From: Longimicrobiales bacterium
GTDB lineage: Bacteria > Gemmatimonadota > Gemmatimonadetes > Longimicrobiales > Gaopeijiaceae
Reading direction: 5' to 3'
DNA length: 64,000 nucleotides
Assembly (NCBI GenBank): GCA_965198065.1
Contig: CBDAON010000004.1
Coordinates: 192,001-256,000, forward strand
Made by a program: the position numbers and the translations under genes. The notes under the pieces are model-generated. The model made no database searches and was not told the DNA's origin. It was given only the letters and a program-made list of their open reading frames with translations. How positions within the stretch are numbered: position 1 is the first letter of the stretch; each line of letters starts with the position of its first letter. Shown here in pieces: positions 50,401-58,989 of the stretch.

Positions 50401-50546
50401 CGCCGGACGTTGCTTCGCCCGTCGCAACTTCTGGGCCGGCAGGTACTTTCCGCCGGCACGCACGCCGTCGCACGTCCGATTATGCCGTGGGGAGAGGCAG
50501 CCTATCACCGTGTGTTCGCGTCGGGCATGGCCGGTCTTCGTGACGC

Positions 50547-50729
50547 TCAGAGTAGGATTCGGTCCGCGGGGCTGCGGACGGCACTGGGTCCACGGTTCAG
50601 GACGTGCGTATAGATCATGGTGGTGCTCACGTCGCGGTGGCCGAGCAATTCCTGGACGGTGCGAATGTCGTGGCCATCCTCGAGTAGATGGGTCGCGAAG
50701 GAGTGACGGAACGTGTGACAGCTCGCCCG
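50547..50729 (-). pseudogene. intI: Integron integrase 3' fragment (about 60 codons)
   Basis: [56 protein letters not shown], the characteristic IntI C-terminus. Confidence 0.9.
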
Positions 50730-50776
50730 ATGATCTGGGTGCTGGAGTGCTCGACCTACGGGGTGGTCGATTACCC

Positions 50777-51163
50777 TCACGCCATCAACCTGCTGGCGAG
50801 CACGGGCACCCACGCCTTCTTGATCTTGTGGATCACAGCCGAATCGGCCTGGGGTAACGCACCTTCGGTCGCGTCCCATAGCTCGTCGATGAGGTCCTGG
50901 TCGTAGGGCTCTTTGGGTAGCCCGAACTTGGCCGCGATGTCGATGGCTTTGAGTTGGTCTGCTGGCCTGGCTTCCTTCCTGCCGGTCGCGAACTCCTCAA
51001 GATGCGGTAGGCCCTTCTCTAGGATGTCGCGCATCGAGCCGCGGAGTTCGTTCGGGGGACGGCCTGGACGAGCATGGTTGCCGCCCTGTTTCAGCGCCCC
51101 ACCGTGCTTCTGCTTGACGAGCTTGTCCCCGGACTTGCTCCCGGACTTCCCATTGTCTCTCAC
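50777..51163 (-). CDS. Hypothetical phage-like protein (terminase small subunit-like N-terminus)
   Basis: Lys/Gly-rich start with [11 protein letters not shown] followed by helical [11 protein letters not shown]; family call is inference. Confidence 0.5.
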   Translation of the reverse strand: MRDNGKSGSKSGDKLVKQKHGGALKQGGNHARPGRPPNELRGSMRDILEKGLPHLEEFATGRKEARPADQLKAIDIAAKFGLPKEPYDQDLIDELWDATEGALPQADSAVIHKIKKAWVPVLASRLMA

Positions 51164-51239
51164 GCTACCGAAGATGCTGCAGCAATCGCTTGTTAGGCCG
51201 CGCGGCGCCCGCTAAGGGTACGGTGTTCTGGGTCACGAC

Positions 51240-51332
51240 GTGCCCTACCTGTGCCCTAGACATGCGGGCACCGCTGGATAGTCGTTGTGCCACAACGGTT
51301 ATTGCTCATAGAGCGTCTGCTTCCGTAGCAGG
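51240..51332 (+). other. att-arm-like module in opposite orientation with tRNA-like fragment
   Basis: GTGCCCTA x2 (51240-47, 51251-58), palindrome cgttgtg-c-cacaacg (51283-97), GCTC-ata-GAGC-g-TCTGC-ttCCGta-GCAGG (51304-32). Confidence 0.6.
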
Positions 51333-51533
51333 TGGCCGGTCGCCAGATCCCGCTTCCGGGTCGGTGGCGGTCGGCTCGGGGGCGCCTCTGTGGTAGCACG
51401 GATCAGGTAACGAGGAATCGGGGTGGCACCGGGCCGCGAGTCTTCCCATGTTGCCCCGGCCCGGTCTTGAAGCTGGCGCGTTAGTCTTCGCCCCGTCGCC
51501 GCTACCCACCTGCCCCCGGGCCCGGAGGAAGCA

Positions 51534-51975
51534 ATGGCGCGCCCAAGGCTACTTCGTGTTCCACTTGCCCTCGTGCTCGTCTCCTCGGCTACCGTTGCCT
51601 GCGCCGATGCCGGTACCGGAACCCAGGACGGCAGCATCACCGGGACGTACTCGTTGGTCATGGTCAACGGCTCCCCGCTGCCCGGCGTCGTGTACGAGGA
51701 GCCGGGGTACACAGAGGAGGTACTCGAGGGCTCCCCTCACGTTGCTCTCCGACAACACCTACCTGTCCCGATTCGTGTGGCGAGAGACCGAGGGCGGTGC
51801 TACGAGCACCGAAGAAGAAGTCGATGAGGGGACCTATGTCGTGTCCGGTAGTCAGATCACGTTCATAGACACGGAGGACCCGGACGATCCCATCCAGGGG
51901 GTGATCAGCGGGAACACGATTACGGTGACCTTCGAGGAGGACAGGGACCCGCAGGTCTGGGTCTTCGAGAAGTAG
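51534..51975 (+). pseudogene. Lipoprotein (lipocalin-like beta-barrel), frameshifted
   Basis: Signal ending TVAC, ITGTYSLVMVNGSPLP; shifts frame at the C4 run 51733-36 into LTLLSDNTY...GTYVVSGSQITF...WVFEK. Confidence 0.7.
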
Positions 51976-52268
51976 GGGCCCGATCTTCACGACTCCCCCT
52001 CGTTCTGGATGGCCCAGCGTTCGACCCGCGGCTCATTCTGAGTCACGGCCACCTCGTGCGCGTTCTCCAGTACGGCTATCGGCGTGGTCATGGGTCTGTA
52101 CTCGCTGGTTTCGGCGGCGCGATTTTTTCGCTTTGCTTGGTGGGGGGGCTCGTACCGTTCGACGCCACCTCCACGGCAGCGGCTTCCACTTCAACAGCAC
52201 ACGCCAACGACGGGTCACACCCACCGCTCTTTTTTTCTTCGTCCTCCCCCCTGGTAAAACCCCTCCCC

Positions 52269-52320
52269 TCGTGGCTCATTTTGAGTCGTGGACTCATTTT
52301 GGGTCGCGGCTTGTTTTTCG
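52269..52320 (+). repeat. Tandem 17-18 bp iteron-like repeats
   Basis: tcgtggctcattttgag / tcgtggactcattttggg / degenerate tcgcggcttgtttttcg. Confidence 0.6.
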
Positions 52321-52527
52321 CGGCCAGGATGCGCGAGCGCCGTTCAAACGCCTCCAGTCTCGTGACGGCCCGGTGTAACCAGCGGCCGTCTTGTCCGTCC
52401 TCTTCGGCGATCCTGGCGAGACCAGAGCGGCGGGCTCCCGTAGTTGGACACCGTTTTGTGCCATCGCGGCGTGCGAGCTGTGGTTCGGTTAAGCCAGGTA
52501 CAACTCAAGAGAGGTGAGATACCAACG

Positions 52528-53943
52528 ATGAAGGCAACCGCGATTGATGGACGCGAGATCGAACTTGACCAAGACGCACTCGACGCGTTGAGGCTGCGAC
52601 TCCGGGGGCCGGTGGCATTGCCTGGTGACGGCAGTTACGAGGAATCGCGCACGGTGTGGAACGAAATGATCGGCCGCAGGCCCGCCGTGGTAGTGCGGTG
52701 CCTCGGGGTTGCGGATGTGATCGCATGTGTGCAGTTCACGCGCGAACGGGATCGTTGCTCTGCATCAAGGGCGGAGGCCACAACATCGCAGGCCTAGCCA
52801 CGGCCGATGGTGCGCTGATGTTGGATATGTCGCTCATGCGCAGCGTGTGGGTGGACCCGAAGGGGCGAGTAGCTCATGCCCAGGCGGGCTGTCTGCTCGG
52901 CGACGTAGATCGCGAAACGCAGGTGCACGGACTTGCTGCGGTTCTCGGGTTCGTATCACTCACAGGCATCACAGGCCTCACGATGGGTGGCGGATTCGGC
53001 TACCTGACGAGGCGGTGGGGTTGGACGTCCGATAACGTAGTTGGCATGAACCTGGTGACGGCTGACGCGACGGTGGTGCGTGCGAGCAGTGAAGAGAACG
53101 CCGACCTCTTTTGGGGGCTGCGAGGTGGTGGCGGGAACTTCGGTGTTGTCACCGGCATCGACTACGCGCTTCACTCGGTCGGTCCAGAGGTCGTTGGAGG
53201 CGTGGTAGCCTGGCCCGCAAGTGAGGCTCCCGCCGTTCTGGAGCTTTACCGGACTCTCGCCAAGCAGGCTCCGGCCGAGCTCACCCTCGTCGCTTTGATC
53301 CGACCGGCACCGCCAGCGCCGTGGCTCCCGAAGGAAACTCACGGAAAACCGATCGTGGCTGTGTTGGCCTGCCACAGCGGGAGCATCGCGGACGGAGAGA
53401 ACGCCGTTGCTCCCATTAAGTCGTTCGGCAAACCGATCGGTGATGTGCTGGTCCGCCGGCCATACCTGCAGATGCAGTCGTTGTTAGATGCGACGCAACC
53501 CAAGGGACGGCGCTATTACTGGAAGAGCGAGTACCTTTCGCGCATTGAGCCGGAACTGTGCGGAAAGCTCGCGGAGCATGCTGCGAGAATCCGATCCCCG
53601 CACTCCGCCGTCATTCTGTTTCAGCTCGACGGCGCTCTGAACCAGTTTGGGAGCGATCACTACCCAGTTGGAAACCGGGACGCCCGCTACGTGGCTCAAC
53701 ATCGCAGGGTCGTGGGAGCACGCTGGCGAGGATGAGGCCAACATCCAGTGGGCGCGCGACGCATGGAACGACATGAGAGTGTTCTCCACTGGCGGCACCT
53801 ACATCAACTTCTTGACGGAAGACGAGGGTCCTGAGCGAACCCAGGCCGCGCTCGGCGGGGCAATCCAACGGCTTGCCGAGGTCAAGGCAAAGTGGGATCC
53901 AGAAAACGTGTTTCGCACGAACCGAAACATCAGGCCAGTGTGA
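52528..53943 (+). pseudogene. FAD-binding oxidoreductase (berberine-bridge-enzyme-like), two frameshifts
   Basis: Three frames: RTVWNEMI.RRPA / KGGGHN..GGGFGYL..DLFWGLRGGGGNFGVVT / YINFL..KAKWDPENVFR; shifts near 52750 and 53690. Confidence 0.88.
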
Positions 53944-54022
53944 GGGACTGCAGATCGTGCGACGATCATGAGCTCGCGTACACCGGGAAGAGGTCTAACC
54001 AAGCAAGGCGCACGGAGGTGGT

Positions 54023-54427
54023 ATGAAGGAACCTTTTCCGCCAAGCGAATCGGAGGTTACCCAGCTTCTTGTTGTTAGCGACCCCAAACGGTCGAAGACC
54101 TTTTATATAGACGTATTGGGGGCCGAACTGTACCGGGAGTACGGAGGTGACTCGTTAGTCCTTCGGTTCCTCGGCATGTGGCTTCTTCTGGTGAGCGGGG
54201 GTCCTCCGACTGAGGACAAGCCTGGAGTGACGTTCGCCCCGCCTGCGGACGGAAATCGGGTTGATCATCAACTGACGATCCGAGTGCCCGATTGCCGTGC
54301 CGCGTACGCTGCACTGAAATCCAAAGGAGCGCCGTTCCTCACACCTCCCTTTGATCGTGGAGGTGAGGTCCGATGTTTCTTCCGGGATCCAGACGGTCAC
54401 TTGTTGGAGATCAGTGAAGTGACCTAG
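54023..54427 (+). CDS. VOC/glyoxalase family protein
   Basis: LVVSD..RS..FY.DVLG, IRVPDC, FFRDPDGHLLEI. Confidence 0.9.
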   Translation: MKEPFPPSESEVTQLLVVSDPKRSKTFYIDVLGAELYREYGGDSLVLRFLGMWLLLVSGGPPTEDKPGVTFAPPADGNRVDHQLTIRVPDCRAAYAALKSKGAPFLTPPFDRGGEVRCFFRDPDGHLLEISEVT

Positions 54428-54496
54428 GACGGAGCGATACTTGGACGAAGACGACTAGCACATCATGGATGTTCGTGTGAAGCGGGCCCCGGGGCC

Positions 54497-55420
54497 TCAG
54501 CCCAGGGTCGCGATCGTGGAGCGGACCGCGACCGCGCTTCTCTCCAGCTCCGAGCGCTCTTCAGCCGTCAGCTCGACCTCGACGATCTGCTCGAGCCCGC
54601 CCGCCCCGAGCTTGCAGGGTACGCCGAAGAAGATTCCGCTCTGGCCGTACTCGCCCTCGAGGTACGCTGCACAGGGCAGGATCCGCTTCTTGTCCTTCGC
54701 GATCGCTTCGGCCATCTGAACGGCGGCGGACGAAGGCGCGTAGTACGCGCTCCCGGTCTTCAGGAAGGCGACGATCTCGGCCCCGCCGCCGCGCGTGCGA
54801 TCGATCAGGGCCTCGATTCTGTCCTCCGACAGCAGCTGTCGGATCGGGATGCCGCTGATGGTCGTGTAGCTCACCAGGGGCACCATCGTGTCCCCGTGCC
54901 CCCCGAGAACCAGAGCCTGGATGTCTTCGACGCTTACCCCGAGCTCCGCCGCGATGAAGGTCCGATAGCGCGCTGTGTCGAGGACGCCGGCCATCCCGAT
55001 CACCCGCTCACGGGGAAAGCCCGTCGTCTTCATCGCCACGTAGGCCATCGCGTCGAGCGGATTCGACACCATGATGATGATTGAATCGGGCGCCACCCGT
55101 GCGATCTGCTCCGAGACGGACCGGACGATCTCAGCGTTCGTCTTGAGGAGGTCGTCCCGACTCATCCCCGGCTTCCGCGCAATCCCGGCCGTCATGATGA
55201 AGAGGTCCGAGCCCTCGGCGGCTCCGTATTCCGTAGCCCCCACGATGCGCGTGTCGAATCCCTCGACCGGCCCGCTCTGCCACTGATCGAGCGCTTTCCC
55301 CTGGGGAACGCCGTCCACCACATCGATGAGGACGACCTCACGGGCCAGCTCCGCCTCGGCCAGGCGCTGCGCACAGGTGGCGCCGACGTGCCCCGCGCCC
55401 ACGACGGTTATCTTCCTCAT
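54497..55420 (-). CDS. mdh: Malate dehydrogenase (LDH-like)
   Basis: [47 protein letters not shown]. Confidence 0.97.
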   Translation of the reverse strand: MRKITVVGAGHVGATCAQRLAEAELAREVVLIDVVDGVPQGKALDQWQSGPVEGFDTRIVGATEYGAAEGSDLFIMTAGIARKPGMSRDDLLKTNAEIVRSVSEQIARVAPDSIIIMVSNPLDAMAYVAMKTTGFPRERVIGMAGVLDTARYRTFIAAELGVSVEDIQALVLGGHGDTMVPLVSYTTISGIPIRQLLSEDRIEALIDRTRGGGAEIVAFLKTGSAYYAPSSAAVQMAEAIAKDKKRILPCAAYLEGEYGQSGIFFGVPCKLGAGGLEQIVEVELTAEERSELERSAVAVRSTIATLG

Positions 55421-55471
55421 CCGCTCCTTTCGTCCTCTTGAAAGAGGCCCGTCCCTGGAAAAGTCCGCCGC

Positions 55472-55500
55472 AAGCTACCGGGGGCCCCTAGAGGTGTCAA
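55472..55500 (-). promoter_or_regulatory. Candidate sigma70 promoter of mdh
   Basis: Minus strand TTGACA, 17 bp, TAGCTT. Confidence 0.55.
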
Positions 55501-55562
55501 CGGCGCCCCGAGGACGGACCGACACCAGTGCAGGACAGGGGCTTTCGCCAGCCGGGATTCCG

Positions 55563-55590
55563 AAAAAAAACGGGACCCGCAGGGGCCCCG
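55563..55590 (-). terminator. Rho-independent terminator after the ECF operon
   Basis: Minus strand cggggccc-ctgc-gggtcccg followed by T8. Confidence 0.8.
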
Positions 55591-55622
55591 GCTCGATTCT
55601 CGTCGGCTCAGCGTGATGCCTT

Positions 55623-56144
55623 TCAGGGACCCCCGGGGGGGGCTCCCCCGCGGAGGCGTAGCTGGACGGGACCGTCCTCGGCACCGAGCCTCCGGATCCG
55701 GTTTCCGAACTGGTCTCTGAGATACTGGAGGAGAAGGACCTGCGAGGGCTGGAGGAACTCGAGCAGCCGCTCCTCCTCCTGGACCATCAGCGCCTCTTCC
55801 CGCTCCCGAAGGGCCCGCACCTCGTCGATCAGCCGACGCGCCTCCTGCTGCGAGCCCCCCTGCGTGAGGTTCCGCCGGATCTCACGCTGAAGCTCCATGC
55901 GGCGAGGAAGGATGTCCGCGCGGGTCTCGGCATAGCCGCGAAGCACCTCAGCTAGAAGTGACCTCTCGTCGGGCGCGAGGGCGAGCTCGCGCGCGAGCTG
56001 CTCCTGGAACTGCGTCTGGATGCGGCTCAGCATCTCCTGCCGCGAAACGGGACCCCGGCCGCCGGGGCCTCGCTGCGCCCAGGTCGGACCTGGATGGACG
56101 AGTACCTGCGTGGCGACGGCCAAGACGACGGCGAGGCGTCTCAT
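55623..56144 (-). CDS. Periplasmic helical protein (Spy/CpxP-like)
   Basis: Signal peptide ending AQ; helical body with L.L...E and L.P.Q motifs; third gene of the ECF operon. Confidence 0.7.
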   Translation of the reverse strand: MRRLAVVLAVATQVLVHPGPTWAQRGPGGRGPVSRQEMLSRIQTQFQEQLARELALAPDERSLLAEVLRGYAETRADILPRRMELQREIRRNLTQGGSQQEARRLIDEVRALREREEALMVQEEERLLEFLQPSQVLLLQYLRDQFGNRIRRLGAEDGPVQLRLRGGAPPGGP

Positions 56145-56647
56145 GGTTCCATCTCCTCCATCAGCTGCGCGAGTAAATCGTCCGGGAGAGCATCGAGCAG
56201 CGGCTCACCGGCCACCATCCAGTCATGGCCGTACCAGTCCACCATGGGCTGCGATTCGAGCGCCACCGTCCACACTGGCTCGGGCGCCGGGGCGTCGTCT
56301 CGCCACAGCACTCCGATGCCGACGGCGAGGATCGCGATCGCGGCCGCCCTGAGGAGCCACGGAACGATGGTCCTTTCGGGGCGACGCGGCCGCCGCGAGG
56401 CTTCGATGATGGACGGCGCGAGGGAGTCCGGAGGCTCCGGCCGAGCGAGCTGGAGCCTCTCCACGAGCCGCGCCTCGTCTCGACATTCGGCGCAGGTCGC
56501 CAGATGCTTCACGAGCTCGGCCACCTCCCCACTCGTCGCCGCGCCGGACACGTGCAGGGGAAGCAGGTCTCTCGTCCGGGCACACTCCCCGGCGAGATCT
56601 TCCGTGCGATCGCCCGTCACGAAGTCCTCCTCATCCGTCCCTTTCAT
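56141..56647 (-). CDS. Zinc-finger (zf-HC2) anti-sigma factor
   Basis: HLATCAEC motif and one TM helix, downstream of the ECF sigma gene. Confidence 0.85.
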   Translation of the reverse strand: MKGTDEEDFVTGDRTEDLAGECARTRDLLPLHVSGAATSGEVAELVKHLATCAECRDEARLVERLQLARPEPPDSLAPSIIEASRRPRRPERTIVPWLLRAAAIAILAVGIGVLWRDDAPAPEPVWTVALESQPMVDWYGHDWMVAGEPLLDALPDDLLAQLMEEMEP

Positions 56648-57206
56648 GCAACCACTCCCGCAGCCTGCCGATGCCGTAGTGGTAGTTTACCCGGGCCGCA
56701 CCCTCTGAGGACCCGATCGCCTCCCCAACCTCGCGAAAGCTCAGCCCATCGAACAGCCTCAGCGAAACGCTCAGCCGCTGCTTCTCCGGCAACCGATCCA
56801 GCGCCGCCCGTATCCGCGAGACCTCGTCCGCCCTCATGGCCTCGGCGTCGGGGCCCTCCCTTCCCTCCTCGAAGTTCTCGGTCGCGTGAAGCGGTTCCTC
56901 ACGCCTCCGACTGCGGCTTCGAATGAAACCCAGGGCCTCGTTCCGCGCGATCGCGAGCAACCAGGTGCGGAACGCCGCATCGCCACGGAATCCGTCCAGG
57001 CGGTCCAGGGCCTTCACAAACGTGTCCTGCGTGACGTCCGCCGCCTGATCCTCGTCCTTGAGAAAACCCAGCACGAACCGGTACACGACGCCCTGATGGC
57101 GCACCACCAGCTTCTCGAGCGCCCCCGCCTCACCCCGAACGGCAAGCTTCACCAGCTCGGCATCCGAAGGATCCTGGGACCGACCTGGCTCGCGCACCGA
57201 ACTCAC
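56631..57206 (-). CDS. ECF RNA polymerase sigma factor
   Basis: AADVTQDTFVKA, FRTWLLAIARN, LDRLPEKQR, GLSFREVG. Confidence 0.92.
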   Translation of the reverse strand: MSSVREPGRSQDPSDAELVKLAVRGEAGALEKLVVRHQGVVYRFVLGFLKDEDQAADVTQDTFVKALDRLDGFRGDAAFRTWLLAIARNEALGFIRSRSRRREEPLHATENFEEGREGPDAEAMRADEVSRIRAALDRLPEKQRLSVSLRLFDGLSFREVGEAIGSSEGAARVNYHYGIGRLREWLHERDG

Positions 57207-57295
57207 CGGATAGACGCAGGAGAAGGGGTTTCCGTTAAAGAGGGCGACTCGCCCCCCGGGGCCCTGCTACGGATGAGACCCCTCCCTCGAGGGGA

Positions 57296-57598
57296 TCAGG
57301 ACCGAAGGCCCTTTCCCCGCCGGGCGACCCGCGTGCGAAGCTGCCTCGACGGCTTGAAGACGGGAACGAGCCGCGCGGCGACCCGTACCGTGTCTCCCGT
57401 GCGAGGGTTTCGCGCCTTACGGGCCTTGCGCGCTCGCACCCTGAAGGTCCCGAACCCTCGGATCTCTATGCTCTCCCCGTTGGTGAGGGCCTTCTTCACG
57501 GCGTTGAGGAACCCGTCCACGACCAGAGCGCAGTCCTTCTTCGTGACCCCGGGGCCGATCGCCCCGGAGACTTCCTCGACGAGGTCTGCTTTCGTCAT
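57296..57598 (-). CDS. HU/IHF family DNA-binding protein
   Basis: MTKADLV, IEIRGFGTF, ARNPRTG, PVFKPS. Confidence 0.95.
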   Translation of the reverse strand: MTKADLVEEVSGAIGPGVTKKDCALVVDGFLNAVKKALTNGESIEIRGFGTFRVRARKARKARNPRTGDTVRVAARLVPVFKPSRQLRTRVARRGKGLRS

Positions 57599-57617
57599 CC
57601 CTGCCTCCTCGAATGGT

Positions 57618-58835
57618 TCAGTCCGCCGCCGTCCGTCGTTCCTCCATCAGCTCCGTGAACCTCCGGAAGAGGTGGCGAGAGTCGTGCGGTCCGGGTGCGG
57701 ACTCGGGGTGGTATTGGACGCAAAAGACCGGGCGCGAACGGTGCTCGAGCCCCTCCAGCGTGCCATCGTACAGGTTGATGTGTGTGGCGCGAAGGTCCGG
57801 GGCGCCCGGGATAGCCCCGCCGGGGTCGGCTTCGACGGCAAAGCCGTGGTTCTGCGACGTGATCTCGACCCGGTTCCGATCCATGGCTCGCACCGGGTGG
57901 TTCACCCCGTGGTGGCCGAAGGGGAGCTTGTACGTCCGGGCCCCGAAGGCACGCGCGATGAGCTGATGTCCCAGGCAGATCCCGAACACGGGGATGCCTC
58001 GCTCGGAGAGGCGGACGATCGTGTCGGCCACTCCGGGGACAGCCGCGGGGTCGCCCGGCCCGTTCGAGACGAACACGCCGTCCGGGTTCGCTTCGATAAT
58101 CTCCTCGAAGGTCGTCGTCGAGGGAACGACGGTCACTCGGCATCCCGCCTCGGAAAGGAGTCGCGGAGAGTTGGCCTTGACCCCGAAGTCGAATGCGATC
58201 ACGTGGAAGCGCGCCTCGCCCTGGGCCGGCACGTCATAGCGGGCGGTCGTGGACACCCCGCACGCCAACTCCAGCCCCTCCATGCGGGGATGCGCCTCGA
58301 TCCTGGCGGCTAGCTCCTCGGCGGAGACCGATGCCGGAGCGATCCCGCCGCGCATCGCCCCCCGGTCCCGCAGATGCCTGGTCAGGGCCCGCGTGTCCAC
58401 CTCCTCGATCCCGATCACGCCGTGCCGCGCGAGGTAGGGGCCAAGCCCCTCCTTCGCGCGCCAGGAGGAGGCTCTCCGCGCAGCCTCCCTCACGATGAAG
58501 CCCGCCACAGTGGGCGCGCCGGACTCTCCGTCCTCCTCGTTCAGCCCGTAATTGCCGATTAGCGGATAGGTCATCGCCACGAGCTGGCCGGCGTACGAGG
58601 GGTCCGTGAGGACCTCCTGGTACCCGGTCATGCCCGTGTTGAAGACGACCTCACCGAGGGCGACGCCGGCGTCGCCCAGCTGGCTGCCCTCGAAACGGCG
58701 ACCGTCTTCGAGGAGGAGGTAGGCCCGCGTGGCCGTACCAGAGTCGAACAACTGCAGTCCCGGGGCGGCAGGAACGGGGAAGCTCGGCAAACCGAGCACC
58801 CGGGAGCGCGACGATCGCGGCCCCGGTTCGGGCAA
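57618..58835 (-). CDS. carA: Carbamoyl-phosphate synthase small subunit
   Basis: GEVVFNTGMTGYQE.LTDPSY, SNGPGDP, GICLGHQ, ITSQNHGF, QYHPE; start uncertain. Confidence 0.96.
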   Translation of the reverse strand: MPEPGPRSSRSRVLGLPSFPVPAAPGLQLFDSGTATRAYLLLEDGRRFEGSQLGDAGVALGEVVFNTGMTGYQEVLTDPSYAGQLVAMTYPLIGNYGLNEEDGESGAPTVAGFIVREAARRASSWRAKEGLGPYLARHGVIGIEEVDTRALTRHLRDRGAMRGGIAPASVSAEELAARIEAHPRMEGLELACGVSTTARYDVPAQGEARFHVIAFDFGVKANSPRLLSEAGCRVTVVPSTTTFEEIIEANPDGVFVSNGPGDPAAVPGVADTIVRLSERGIPVFGICLGHQLIARAFGARTYKLPFGHHGVNHPVRAMDRNRVEITSQNHGFAVEADPGGAIPGAPDLRATHINLYDGTLEGLEHRSRPVFCVQYHPESAPGPHDSRHLFRRFTELMEERRTAAD

Positions 58836-58989
58836 TGTAGAGTGGGCCGAACCCGCGTCAAGGAGCGAACTTACCGCCTTCCCTCCAGGGCACGCTCAAT
58901 CCTATCTTCTGATCCGATCTTCCTGGCCCGGCCGCCTCGTCACTCCAGCCGACCCCCGCGCCCGAGCGAAACGTGGTGCCCAGCCCAGC

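Larger units (their letters stand above)
39354..54490. mobile_element. Composite, decaying accessory island between dcd and mdh
   Basis: Breaks core-gene context; visibly more A/T-rich over much of its length; contains IS copies, an integron remnant, repeats and pseudogenes; boundaries approximate. Confidence 0.8.

Noticed and set aside
50547..50879. 110-aa ORF as an intact recombinase
   Set aside because: Only the last 60 or so codons are IntI-like; the N-terminal part is off-frame sequence from the neighbouring ORF.
39354..51332. Functional tRNA genes
   Set aside because: All tRNA-like segments lack a T-arm (GTTCRA) and 3' acceptor strand; treated as scars only.
52430..52455. IS3-like terminal repeat (cccgtagttggacac)
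   Set aside because: Short partial resemblance only; no partner repeat or transposase nearby.
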